Position numbers and translations under genes: made by a program. From Bdellovibrionales bacterium (lineage in GTDB: Bacteria; Bdellovibrionota; Bdellovibrionia; Bdellovibrionales; JAGQZY01), in contig JBGSNK010000077.1 of the NCBI GenBank assembly GCA_041739665.1, positions 11,204 through 75,203 of the forward strand: a DNA stretch of 64,000 nt, read 5' to 3'. The notes under the pieces were generated by a model. It did no database searches. It worked only from the letters and a program-made list of their open reading frames with translations, and was not told the origin of the DNA. Positions 55,891-64,000 of this stretch are shown piece by piece. Each line of letters starts with the position of its first letter. Position 1 is the first letter of the stretch.

Positions 55891-58854
55891 TTGCCTGAAA
55901 TTGGAAATCAACAGTATCGGGGAACAAAAATGGCAGCATTGGTATTAGTGATGGTTTTTTTGTCAGGTTTAACGGGGCTGATGTATCAGGTCACCTGGCA
56001 TAAATATCTTTCCATCTATCTTGGTAGTCATGCACTCTCTACATCTCTCACGTTAAGTGTTTTTTTTCTCTTCCTCGCCTTTGGCTACCATCTTTTTGGA
56101 CGCTTTGGTCATCGACTCGGTCACAACCGAATATTAACTTACGGATACGTAGAGGCCATCATTGGCGTGTACGCCATTGCCTCCCCAACTCTTTTCAACT
56201 TTCTTTATGAAATTTGGCCCAACTACCCCACCGGTTCGACTCTACACATCCTCAGCAGTGCTGGCTTTGCTCTGTTACTGATGGGCTTGCCCACCTTTCT
56301 TATGGGAGGGACAATTCCTTTATTGACTCAAGGGCTGAGCGAGAAGCTCGAGGAGAGTCATAAAATTCACGCCTATGTCTACGGGCTCAACACCTTCGGG
56401 GCTGTCGTCGGAACTCTTCTTGCGGGTTTTTATTTCCTTGAGTCCTTTGGTTTAGAACAAACTCTGAATTTGACCGGGATAATCAACTGCCTGATCTGTA
56501 TTTTTTTAATCGTGTATTGCAAGCTCACCCGCCTGTCCTTCAGTGGATATGAACCTCCTCAGGAAGAAGTGGTTCGTTCCAGCTCCTATCAACCCCAATA
56601 TCGTCTGCTTACAATAGCTTTCTTGTCTGGGCTCTTAAGCTTCGGTCTAGAGAGCTTGATGATACGTATGGCCGGGATTTCGATCGGAAGCTCAGAATAT
56701 ACTTACACTGTCATCGTCGCCTCTTTCATTGTCTCAATAGCTTTTGGCAGTATTTTGGCTTCAAAAATTTCGGAAGAAAAGTGCCTGAAAGCGCTTATTG
56801 CGACACAGGGGCTACTCATAGTTTCTTTGTTGATTCTTTATCTGATTATTCCAAAATGGCCCGATTTTTTTATGCGGGTTCGAGCCATGTTCTCAAGCTC
56901 TGATTTAAATTTTACCCCCTATTGGATTGTCGTATTTACCTGTTTCTTTCTATTCCTCGCTGTCCCTGTCACGCTTTTGGGCATGACCCTGCCCCTTCTC
57001 TTCCAACAGCTCAAGAGCCGAGGCCAATTCCTCAATCAAACTGCTGGGAAAATGTATAGCTACAATTCTATTGGCGCCACTTTTGGAGCTATTCTTCTCG
57101 GCTATCTTATGTTTTTATTCTTGAGCGGCGATCAGATTTTTGCAGTGTTGATACTTCTTTCTACTCTAAGTTTTCTGCTGGTTCTCGATCTAAAAGTCGT
57201 AAAGAACTCTTTTGTCTTTCGCTTTGGTCCTATTTTGGCCGTCGCTGTCTTTATGGTGATTATGCCGGGGTGGGAAGATTATAATTTTGTTCCAAGTCGA
57301 TTCTTTTCCTCACCTACACCCTTCAATAAAGAGAGTTTGCAAAAGTTCATTCAGCGCACCAAACCCGGCCATCCCGAAGGAGAAAAAATTATCTACTCTA
57401 ACTTTGGAGTCAACACCTACACGGTCGTGACAGAGGACCCCAAAGGGGATCGATCTCTTTTTGTTAACGGGAAGCCCGATGCTAGCACCTCTGGGGATAA
57501 GTTCACTCGGACTCTGACAGCACTGATCCCCTTAACCCTTGCTGAAAAGAACGAGGATATTTTTATCGTTGGATTGGGAACTGGAATGAGTGCCGGTATT
57601 GCCACCAGCTTCCAGGGGACAAAGAAAGTAAAAGTGGCTGAAATTGCCTCTGGAGTCATCGACTCACTTCCTTATTTTAGCAAATGGAACTTTGGTTTAG
57701 ATGAAAAGTTGGACCAAGTGGAAATCATCAACGACGATGCTTACAAAGTGCTTCGAACCGAAGAGCAAACCTACGATCTTATTTTTTCCGAACCTAGCAA
57801 CACCTGGGTCACTGGAGTTGAAAAAATATACACACCTGAGTTCCTGAACCAAGCTGCCCAGAAACTGCGCCCCCATGGAATCTACTCACAATGGTTTCCT
57901 CTTTTTGCTATGACAGAGGAATCCCTGCTCAGTATCCTCGCCAACTTTAAGTCTTCTTTTGAGCATGTGACCCTCTGGAGTGCTGGCGGCAATGCAACAG
58001 TTATCCTCGCCAGCCACCAAGCTTTGTCGACGGATTTGGAATCCCTTGAAAGAAAGACCAAGGGAATGACTGAAATTTATAATTCTATTCAGAAAGAAAG
58101 TGCCCAAGAAATTCTTTATCATCAGATTTGGTCGGATCCAGCCGTCACAGAGCTTGCCAATAGCTCACAACTTTCACACAGCCTCTATCAGCCCTCCCTG
58201 GCTTACCAGAGTGGTCGAGCCTATTTTTACAACAATTCTCTTGATTTCGAAGAGTTGGCTAAGAAATATTTTTTGCACTCCCCTCTAGAAGAGAATCTCC
58301 AACAGGACAATGGGATCAAGCCGGTGGGACCTGATAAATTGCTTTGGCAAGAGTTTGCTGAGCAACTTCCCAAGTCCTTCTACGAAAAAGCTTTAGCCTA
58401 CACCATGAAAGTCCACCCCATGGTGGCAGGTAAAGTCTCCCTCGCAAAAGTCCGCTTTTATCCCGATGACGACCAGAAAATGATCGCAAATTCTGTAAAT
58501 GAAAATCAACTGAAAACCAGACAATTTATGTATTTGTTAGGAAATGAATCAGAAAAGAAATTAAAGCCAAGCCAGGAGAAGGCTTATTTAGCCCAAGAGC
58601 TTTTTAGTCGATATCTTTATCTGCGCTCCATGCGAGAGCCAGCAGAGCTTGAGAAAGTTCTCGTCAAGGTTCCCGATATCTGTGACATCAATGATCAGGC
58701 TTGTTTCAAGTTAAAGTTTGAACTTCTTCTTTATTTAAAGGGTAAAAAGGCTTCCGATGATATAAAAAAAATGACTCAGCTCTTTATAAAAAAAGAGTCA
58801 GAAGCTCTTAGGATGCTAGAAATCGGCTTTCGTGAGGCCAGTCAAAAGCTCTAA
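55891..58854 (+). CDS. fused MFS-like membrane domain / spermidine synthase-like protein with a long C-terminal extension
   Basis: 987 aa. The first ~450 aa are polytopic. They are followed by a SpeE-like methyltransferase-fold region (IFIVGLGTGMSAG, DLIFSEPSNTW) and ~300 further residues. The start may be at MAALV (55930). Confidence 0.7.
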   Translation: MPEIGNQQYRGTKMAALVLVMVFLSGLTGLMYQVTWHKYLSIYLGSHALSTSLTLSVFFLFLAFGYHLFGRFGHRLGHNRILTYGYVEAIIGVYAIASPTLFNFLYEIWPNYPTGSTLHILSSAGFALLLMGLPTFLMGGTIPLLTQGLSEKLEESHKIHAYVYGLNTFGAVVGTLLAGFYFLESFGLEQTLNLTGIINCLICIFLIVYCKLTRLSFSGYEPPQEEVVRSSSYQPQYRLLTIAFLSGLLSFGLESLMIRMAGISIGSSEYTYTVIVASFIVSIAFGSILASKISEEKCLKALIATQGLLIVSLLILYLIIPKWPDFFMRVRAMFSSSDLNFTPYWIVVFTCFFLFLAVPVTLLGMTLPLLFQQLKSRGQFLNQTAGKMYSYNSIGATFGAILLGYLMFLFLSGDQIFAVLILLSTLSFLLVLDLKVVKNSFVFRFGPILAVAVFMVIMPGWEDYNFVPSRFFSSPTPFNKESLQKFIQRTKPGHPEGEKIIYSNFGVNTYTVVTEDPKGDRSLFVNGKPDASTSGDKFTRTLTALIPLTLAEKNEDIFIVGLGTGMSAGIATSFQGTKKVKVAEIASGVIDSLPYFSKWNFGLDEKLDQVEIINDDAYKVLRTEEQTYDLIFSEPSNTWVTGVEKIYTPEFLNQAAQKLRPHGIYSQWFPLFAMTEESLLSILANFKSSFEHVTLWSAGGNATVILASHQALSTDLESLERKTKGMTEIYNSIQKESAQEILYHQIWSDPAVTELANSSQLSHSLYQPSLAYQSGRAYFYNNSLDFEELAKKYFLHSPLEENLQQDNGIKPVGPDKLLWQEFAEQLPKSFYEKALAYTMKVHPMVAGKVSLAKVRFYPDDDQKMIANSVNENQLKTRQFMYLLGNESEKKLKPSQEKAYLAQELFSRYLYLRSMREPAELEKVLVKVPDICDINDQACFKLKFELLLYLKGKKASDDIKKMTQLFIKKESEALRMLEIGFREASQKL

Positions 58855-58962
58855 CAACCTAGATCCACTCTCCTGTTGAGGTCGCGTTCAGTGACTATAA
58901 ATTTGCAAAGATATTGCTTTGTTATCCAGACATGAATTCATGTGTCCAAGCATCGGGAGCTC

Positions 58963-59002
58963 AAAAAAAAACTCCTTGGAATTGAGTCCAAGGAGCTTTT
59001 TT
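58963..59002. terminator. bidirectional rho-independent terminator
   Basis: A8, CTCCTTGGA 58972-58980, loop, TCCAAGGAG 58987-58995, T6. It lies between convergent genes. Confidence 0.75.
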
Positions 59003-59026
59003 AAATTATTAGGTCCAATTTTAAAC

Positions 59027-59596
59027 TTATTTAGAACCGTCTGTAATTTGAGTCAATTGCTTCAATTCATTCATAGACCACTCATCCTGACTTGCAGAGC
59101 GAGTCTCGATCACACCCGCTGTGAAGATGGTGAAGGTTTGGGCTGTCGCCACCCCAGCCATTGGAGCGATCCAACCAATCATGCCCCCAACGACTCCTTG
59201 GCGACCCACAGGTTGTCTCCATTGTTTAAACTGAGCACACATACCACCGCAGTTGCACAGAGTGGCATCCAAAGTGTCGATACAAGCCGCATCGTTAGAA
59301 AATCCAGCATAGGTCGGTACAATCCCAGTATCTGCAGCGTTGAGCTGGTAACCCAGTTCTCCAGAGGGAGAAAAACCTGTTAAAACAAAATTTCCAGGAA
59401 AACCACCCAGTTCTGCACGGGACGCGTGAGCTGAGGTGTAGTAACTGCTCAATAAGGATAAACCTTCTTTTTGACGCGCTTTTGCCTGAAAACTTTGATA
59501 GCTTGGAATAGCGATTGTTGAAAGAATTGCAATAATGGCGACAACCACCATTAGCTCGATTAATGAGAAACCTTTATTATTTGATAACACGTTCAC
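59027..59596 (-). CDS. pilA: type IV pilin
   Basis: 189 aa. [28 protein letters not shown] is a canonical type IVa prepilin leader plus N-methyl-Phe helix. Confidence 0.9.
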   Translation of the reverse strand: MNVLSNNKGFSLIELMVVVAIIAILSTIAIPSYQSFQAKARQKEGLSLLSSYYTSAHASRAELGGFPGNFVLTGFSPSGELGYQLNAADTGIVPTYAGFSNDAACIDTLDATLCNCGGMCAQFKQWRQPVGRQGVVGGMIGWIAPMAGVATAQTFTIFTAGVIETRSASQDEWSMNELKQLTQITDGSK

Positions 59597-59626
59597 CCCT
59601 TATGGTTTAGTTTTTAACACCTCACT

Positions 59627-59656
59627 ATTATATCGACGCATTTTGATTAAGCTCAA
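59627..59656 (-). promoter_or_regulatory. candidate sigma-70 promoter of pilA
   Basis: On the minus strand: TTGAGC (59656-59651), 18 nt, TATAAT (59632-59627). Confidence 0.4.
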
Positions 59657-59782
59657 GTCTAAAGTTATCGACTTCTCCAAACCCCGTACCTTGACCTTGA
59701 GTATATAAAAATGAGATTGGGCTTTTGTCCTACAATGAATTTTGAATTTGAGAGTTGTGGTATAAAGGAACAAGGAGTCTAT

Positions 59783-60109
59783 ATGAGTGATTCAAATCAA
59801 GACAAAGACCTGGACGAAGGTATAGACTCGGGCCTTTTAGAGAAACCCGAGGTCAAAGAGCCCTCTTTTTACAAGGTGCTTTTAATCAACGATGATTTTA
59901 CCCCTATGGACTTTGTCACCCATGTCTTGCAAAAGTTTTTTAATAAGAGTCCTGACGAGGCTAAAAAAATCATGCTCGATGTCCACCAAATGGGTCAGGG
60001 TATCGCAGGTATTTACAGTTTTGAGGTGGCCGAAACAAAAGTTTTTTTAACTAGCAATTTAGCAAAACAAAACAAGTATCCACTGAAATGTATCATGGAA
60101 AAGGATTAA
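59783..60109 (+). CDS. clpS: ATP-dependent Clp protease adaptor ClpS
   Basis: Start at MSDSNQ (AAGGAG upstream). YKVLLINDDFTPMDFV...VHQMGQGI is the ClpS core. Confidence 0.9.
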   Translation: MSDSNQDKDLDEGIDSGLLEKPEVKEPSFYKVLLINDDFTPMDFVTHVLQKFFNKSPDEAKKIMLDVHQMGQGIAGIYSFEVAETKVFLTSNLAKQNKYPLKCIMEKD

Positions 60110-60110
60110 G

Positions 60111-62378
60111 ATGCTCAATCAAGAAGTTGAAGTTGCTCTCAATCAGTCAATCAGTCTTGCACAAAAAAAAGGGCAAGAGTACGTCAGTCTTGAACATTTG
60201 ATGCACTCTTTGCTGGCTTCCCCCCCTATTTTGCAACTGTGTAAAGAACTCGGTGTGGACCCAAACACAATTCGCAAAGACCTCATTCATTTTATCGATC
60301 AACACGCTCCCCCCATGAACAACCCCGAACAAACTAAACCTGAGTTCACCATTGCTGTTCACCGCGTTTTGCAACGAGCCGTCATACAAGTTCAAAACTC
60401 AGGTAAAAATCAAGTTTTCCCCGAACACATTCTGATTTCAATACTAGAAGAGAAAAGCTCCCATGCCCGTTACTTTTTCTTAAAAACGGGAGTGGATACC
60501 TTTGATATCGTCAATGCCATCGCCCACGGACGCCTCAACGACCTCAATAAAACAAATATGCCCGTAACGACTCAAAATGAAGAGCCACAAAAGAAAACAA
60601 GTTTGCACCAATTCACCACCAACTTGAATGAAAAGGCACGCAAAGGCAAAATCGATCCCATCGTGGGTCGCGAAGATGTTCTGGAACGCATGATTCAAGT
60701 ACTAAGCCGGCGAACCAAAAACAATCCCCTCTTGGTTGGCGAACCTGGTGTTGGAAAAACAGCCCTTGCAGACGGTCTAGCATTGAAGATTGTTAACAAA
60801 GAGGTTCCTAAAGTCTTACTAGATGCGGTGATATACTCATTAGACCTTGGTTCCCTCATTGCTGGCTCTAAATATCGCGGCGATTTTGAGCAGCGCCTTA
60901 AAAAAGTGCTGAACGATCTGAATAACGAAAAACATGCCATCTTGTTTATTGATGAAATTCATACTCTTATGGGAGCTGGCGCTACGGGCGGTGGAAGCTT
61001 GGACGCTTCAAACCTACTCAAACCCGTGCTCGCCAGTGGTGAATTGAGCTGCATTGGCTCGACAACTTATAAAGAGTATCGTCAGCACCTTGAAAAAGAT
61101 CGTGCCTTTGCCCGTAGATTTCAGAAAATCGATATAGCTGAACCTAGTGCCGATGAAACTTATCAAATTCTTCTTGGACTTAAAGACAATTATGAAAAGT
61201 TTCATAATGTGATTTACACCCCACAAGTTTTAAAGTTAGCTGTTGAGCTTTCTGAAAAATATATTTTTGATAAACATCTTCCCGACAAGGCCATCGATAT
61301 TATCGATGAAGTTGGGGCGCGTATTAATCTGAAACGAACCAGTGACGACCAAATTGAAGTCCTTGCTGAACATGTGGAAAACGTTGTGGCCCAAATGGGA
61401 CAAGTCCCCTCTCACACAGTCTCTTCCACTGATATCGACAAGCTTAAAAATCTAGAATTGCGCCTAAAATCTTTAATCTTTGGTCAAGATCCTGCGATCG
61501 CAGCCCTTGTCTCGGCTATTAAAATGAATCGAGTGGGACTGGGACGTGACCGAAAGCCGGTGGGCTCCTTTTTATTTGCCGGCCCCACAGGCGTGGGTAA
61601 AACAGAGGTGGCCAAACAACTCTCGGATCACCTCGGCAACAAATTCATTCGTTTTGATATGAGTGAATATATGGAAAAACATACTGTGGCCCGACTCATC
61701 GGTGCTCCTCCCGGCTATGTAGGCTTTGAAGAGGGAGGTCTTTTGACAGAGGCTATCACCAAGTCTCCCTACTGCGTGCTGCTGCTTGATGAAATCGAGA
61801 AGGCCCACCCCGACCTTCTCAACATTTTGCTACAAGTCTTTGACCATGGGAGTCTGACCGACCCACACGGCAAAAAAGCCGATTTCACCCACGCCACAAT
61901 TATTATGACAACCAATTGTGGTGCTCGCGATGCAGCCAAGGGCTCGATTGGCATTAACCCTGGAGATCCAGGCTTGATTTCAGATGAAGCAATCAAGCGT
62001 CATTTCTCTCCAGAATTCCTTAACCGTCTGGATCAAGTGGTGCACTTTTCCCCTCTCAACAATCTGATTTGTGAGCGTGTTCTAGATAAATTTTTACTGG
62101 AACTAGCTGAGCAACTCAAAACCAAGAAAGTCGAAATGGACTTGTCTGATGATGCGCGCAACTGGCTCATGGAAAAAGGTTTTGATCCAGTATATGGAGC
62201 TCGCCCACTGGCTAGAGTGATTAATGATGAAATCAAAAAAATTCTCTCCGAAGAAATTTTATTTGGACAGCTTAAGAACGGTGGCCAAGTTAAAATTAGT
62301 CTTAAAGAGAATAAGCTGAATTTTGATTACAAGAAAGCTGCCAGTAAGAGAAAACGCAAACTGGCCGTCAAAAACTAA
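60111..62378 (+). CDS. clpA: ATP-dependent Clp protease ATP-binding subunit ClpA
   Basis: 755 aa with a Clp N-domain and two AAA+ modules ([18 protein letters not shown]). No middle-domain insert of the ClpB type. It directly follows clpS. Confidence 0.92.
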   Translation: MLNQEVEVALNQSISLAQKKGQEYVSLEHLMHSLLASPPILQLCKELGVDPNTIRKDLIHFIDQHAPPMNNPEQTKPEFTIAVHRVLQRAVIQVQNSGKNQVFPEHILISILEEKSSHARYFFLKTGVDTFDIVNAIAHGRLNDLNKTNMPVTTQNEEPQKKTSLHQFTTNLNEKARKGKIDPIVGREDVLERMIQVLSRRTKNNPLLVGEPGVGKTALADGLALKIVNKEVPKVLLDAVIYSLDLGSLIAGSKYRGDFEQRLKKVLNDLNNEKHAILFIDEIHTLMGAGATGGGSLDASNLLKPVLASGELSCIGSTTYKEYRQHLEKDRAFARRFQKIDIAEPSADETYQILLGLKDNYEKFHNVIYTPQVLKLAVELSEKYIFDKHLPDKAIDIIDEVGARINLKRTSDDQIEVLAEHVENVVAQMGQVPSHTVSSTDIDKLKNLELRLKSLIFGQDPAIAALVSAIKMNRVGLGRDRKPVGSFLFAGPTGVGKTEVAKQLSDHLGNKFIRFDMSEYMEKHTVARLIGAPPGYVGFEEGGLLTEAITKSPYCVLLLDEIEKAHPDLLNILLQVFDHGSLTDPHGKKADFTHATIIMTTNCGARDAAKGSIGINPGDPGLISDEAIKRHFSPEFLNRLDQVVHFSPLNNLICERVLDKFLLELAEQLKTKKVEMDLSDDARNWLMEKGFDPVYGARPLARVINDEIKKILSEEILFGQLKNGGQVKISLKENKLNFDYKKAASKRKRKLAVKN

Positions 62379-62387
62379 AAACGGCCT

Positions 62388-62834
62388 CTATGGAGTCGTA
62401 CAAAGATTGCGTAAGGAAAATTTCTTGATAATAGTTTTTTCTGAACATTTGAGCTCTGGCTCTTTTTGACCATCGGAAATTTGATCGTAATAGGTTTTCA
62501 AATCCGCCTGCTTGACCTTCATCGCCAGTGCAGTTTTTTGTTTGTTCATTTTGACAGAAGACGGGTCCACGTCGCAAACGGAGAAGGAATCCTTTACGGG
62601 GAGCGAAACAATATCAGCTGACTGCCCAGGACACTGCACTCGAAGTTCCACTTGAAAAGGCTGCCCGACAACATGCCCACCCTCATGGACGAGGACTTTG
62701 ACCTCGGCCCTCTCTAAAAGAGTTTGGTAGACAACTCTGTAATCGTGCCTTGCTTTAAGCTCATAGCCTTCTTCATGGGCTCGAGAACTATCCGGATAAA
62801 TAAAAATCAAAAGAATGAGTTTTAGAAACTTCAT
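62388..62834 (-). CDS. small secreted hypothetical protein
   Basis: Start at MKFLKLILLIFIY (ATGA overlap with the upstream peptidase-like gene). About 148 aa with 4 Cys. Confidence 0.5.
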   Translation of the reverse strand: MKFLKLILLIFIYPDSSRAHEEGYELKARHDYRVVYQTLLERAEVKVLVHEGGHVVGQPFQVELRVQCPGQSADIVSLPVKDSFSVCDVDPSSVKMNKQKTALAMKVKQADLKTYYDQISDGQKEPELKCSEKTIIKKFSLRNLCTTP

Positions 62835-63610
62835 GAAGCACCTGCGCAAAGTGGGTACGACAAATGAATATGATCATTGTGTAAAGAGTTTCCACCCAAA
62901 CGTGAGGAGTTATGACCAATAGACCCTTGGTATTCTGTTTCTCCTGCAACACACGAGCTGGGAAGGGACTCCTGCCAGCAGTCGCGAAACTCGTCATAAA
63001 ACGCGGCCTGACGCCCTTTGTACTGACTGAGGTGAGTGGAAATCCGATGGTTCTGACCATTGCTATCCACTAAATTAAAATTCGCTATATCGAGTGCTCT
63101 TGCGTAGGCGTGGTGACTTAATCGTGTGGAATTGCGAGCCGTGCGATCGTTGTAAGACCCGAGATGGTTGATGAATATTCTCGACGGCTGAGGGTAGCCA
63201 GCCACGCGAGCTGCGTCCGTAATACAAATAAAAAACACCTCGTTGAGATTATTGGCAAAAAGACGATGAAAAAAGGCGCGCCCACATTGTGAGTCTGAGT
63301 TGTATCCACCGCGACTTTCTTTTTCTGGACTACATCCATCCCAACGTAAAGCACTATTGTGGGCTAACTGAAAGCTTTGGTCTTCGATGTAAAATGTATT
63401 TTTCAATGAAACTTCCACGGGTGGTGGAAGTGTGGGATCCGGATTTGCAACAGCTTCATCGGCATTTTCATCTTCAGGCGCTGGAAAATCATCTGGAATT
63501 TCAACATCAGAAAAACTAGATGAAGAGCCAAGCTGACTCAGCCCCGGCTGATACTTGGCACAAGCGGAAAGAAAAAAAATACACATGCTGAGAAGACCAA
63601 GCCATTTCAT
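62831..63610 (-). CDS. lipoprotein with LAS-superfamily (M15-like) zinc-peptidase motifs
   Basis: 259 aa with the lipobox FFLSAC. SHHAYARALD (Hx6D) plus HNDHIHLS (HxH) is the LAS metallopeptidase pattern. Confidence 0.5.
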   Translation of the reverse strand: MKWLGLLSMCIFFLSACAKYQPGLSQLGSSSSFSDVEIPDDFPAPEDENADEAVANPDPTLPPPVEVSLKNTFYIEDQSFQLAHNSALRWDGCSPEKESRGGYNSDSQCGRAFFHRLFANNLNEVFFICITDAARVAGYPQPSRIFINHLGSYNDRTARNSTRLSHHAYARALDIANFNLVDSNGQNHRISTHLSQYKGRQAAFYDEFRDCWQESLPSSCVAGETEYQGSIGHNSSRLGGNSLHNDHIHLSYPLCAGAS

Positions 63611-63761
63611 TGCTCTTGTCTTCTCGGAAGCGCTAGAATTTATTCGATATCTTTTTTCTTTTTTAAAATTCTCGAATCACGAAATACGAGCTAAGCCCAT
63701 TGCAATCAAAAAAAACATCTCGACACTTCATCAAAAAGAGAACTGTTTATTATTATGACAA

Positions 63762-64000
63762 TTAGGCGTAAATTTCGGCGAAAGTTTTAAAAGTCCCATC
63801 ACCTTGGCGTTGGCAGACGTCCTCTAGCCCAAGGTCTCGTGGACTGCTTTTGCCCATAGCACTTAATAGGGACTCCACAACTTTTATTGTCTCTTCATGA
63901 TAATTAGCCACTCGCTGCGCTTTAGAAGGCACATGTAAGCCGCCCATTAAACCCTCTTGGTTGGTTGTGATGCCAACAGGACAGTGATTGGTGTGACAAC
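63762..64000 (-). CDS. FMN-dependent glutamate synthase-family protein, C-terminal part (N-terminus beyond the window end)
   Basis: The frame is open to base 64000. The translation ..CHTNHCPVGITTNQEGLMGGLHVPSKAQRVANYHEE.. contains the CHTNxCPVG(I/V)xTQ-type motif of GltB domain-2-like proteins. Confidence 0.7.
   Translation of the reverse strand, partial: CHTNHCPVGITTNQEGLMGGLHVPSKAQRVANYHEETIKVVESLLSAMGKSSPRDLGLEDVCQRQGDGTFKTFAEIYA

Noticed and set aside
1-64000. I looked for CRISPR arrays, rRNA, IS or transposase genes, phage integrases, toxin-antitoxin pairs, and known riboswitches (TPP upstream of thiL, c-di-GMP near the pilin genes).
   Set aside because: I saw no spaced direct-repeat arrays and no transposase or integrase motifs other than the housekeeping-looking Xer recombinase. 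I found no riboswitch consensus cores by eye. This was a visual scan only, so absence is not proven.

Overview
This 64-kb window is gene-dense chromosomal DNA from a Gram-negative bacterium. The gene mix (two type IV pilin genes, SpoIID, AmpG, CarD, a secreted nuclease and deiminase, a sigma-54 regulator) gives a Bdellovibrio-like/Oligoflexia impression, but that comes from reading the proteins, not from a search. Most of it is housekeeping: an ALDH pair with deoC, ampG, an ABC-F ATPase, glnS, comM/yifB, a Xer recombinase, spoIID, nfeD plus an SPFH protein, uvrC-uvrB-gltX, carD, recG, an HD-GYP protein, TVP38 plus a flavoprotein disulfide reductase, thiL, a sigma-54 response regulator with a hybrid kinase, dnaJ-dnaK, a fused MFS/spermidine synthase, pilA and clpS-clpA. 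I found two tRNAs by hand (Cys-GCA at 21895-21968 and His-GUG at 49186-49262, both on the minus strand). One CDS is missing from the ORF track because it runs off the window start (1-1319, minus, a vWA lipoprotein). I saw no rRNA, CRISPR array, transposase or phage integrase. The best candidate for something undescribed is a pair of structured palindromic elements at 7070-7200 and 37291-37410. Both have a perfect 25-bp closing helix, a three-way junction, a conserved 12-nt bulge (AGCWGGAWGCGT), a CCC-GYA-GGG apex and a GGC-A(U)GGA-GCC hairpin. Their helix sequences are completely different while the helix lengths and loops are kept, which looks like covariation, and I cannot place them in any RNA or repeat family I know. 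Other notable items are a chimeric mini-tRNA built from the 3' half of tRNA-Cys next to a small accessory patch (17.4-21.9 kb), a near-consensus sigma-54 promoter driving micro-ORFs just upstream of the sigma-54 activator and kinase pair, and several unusual gene pairings. Everything here was read by eye. No searches, folding energies or statistics were run.
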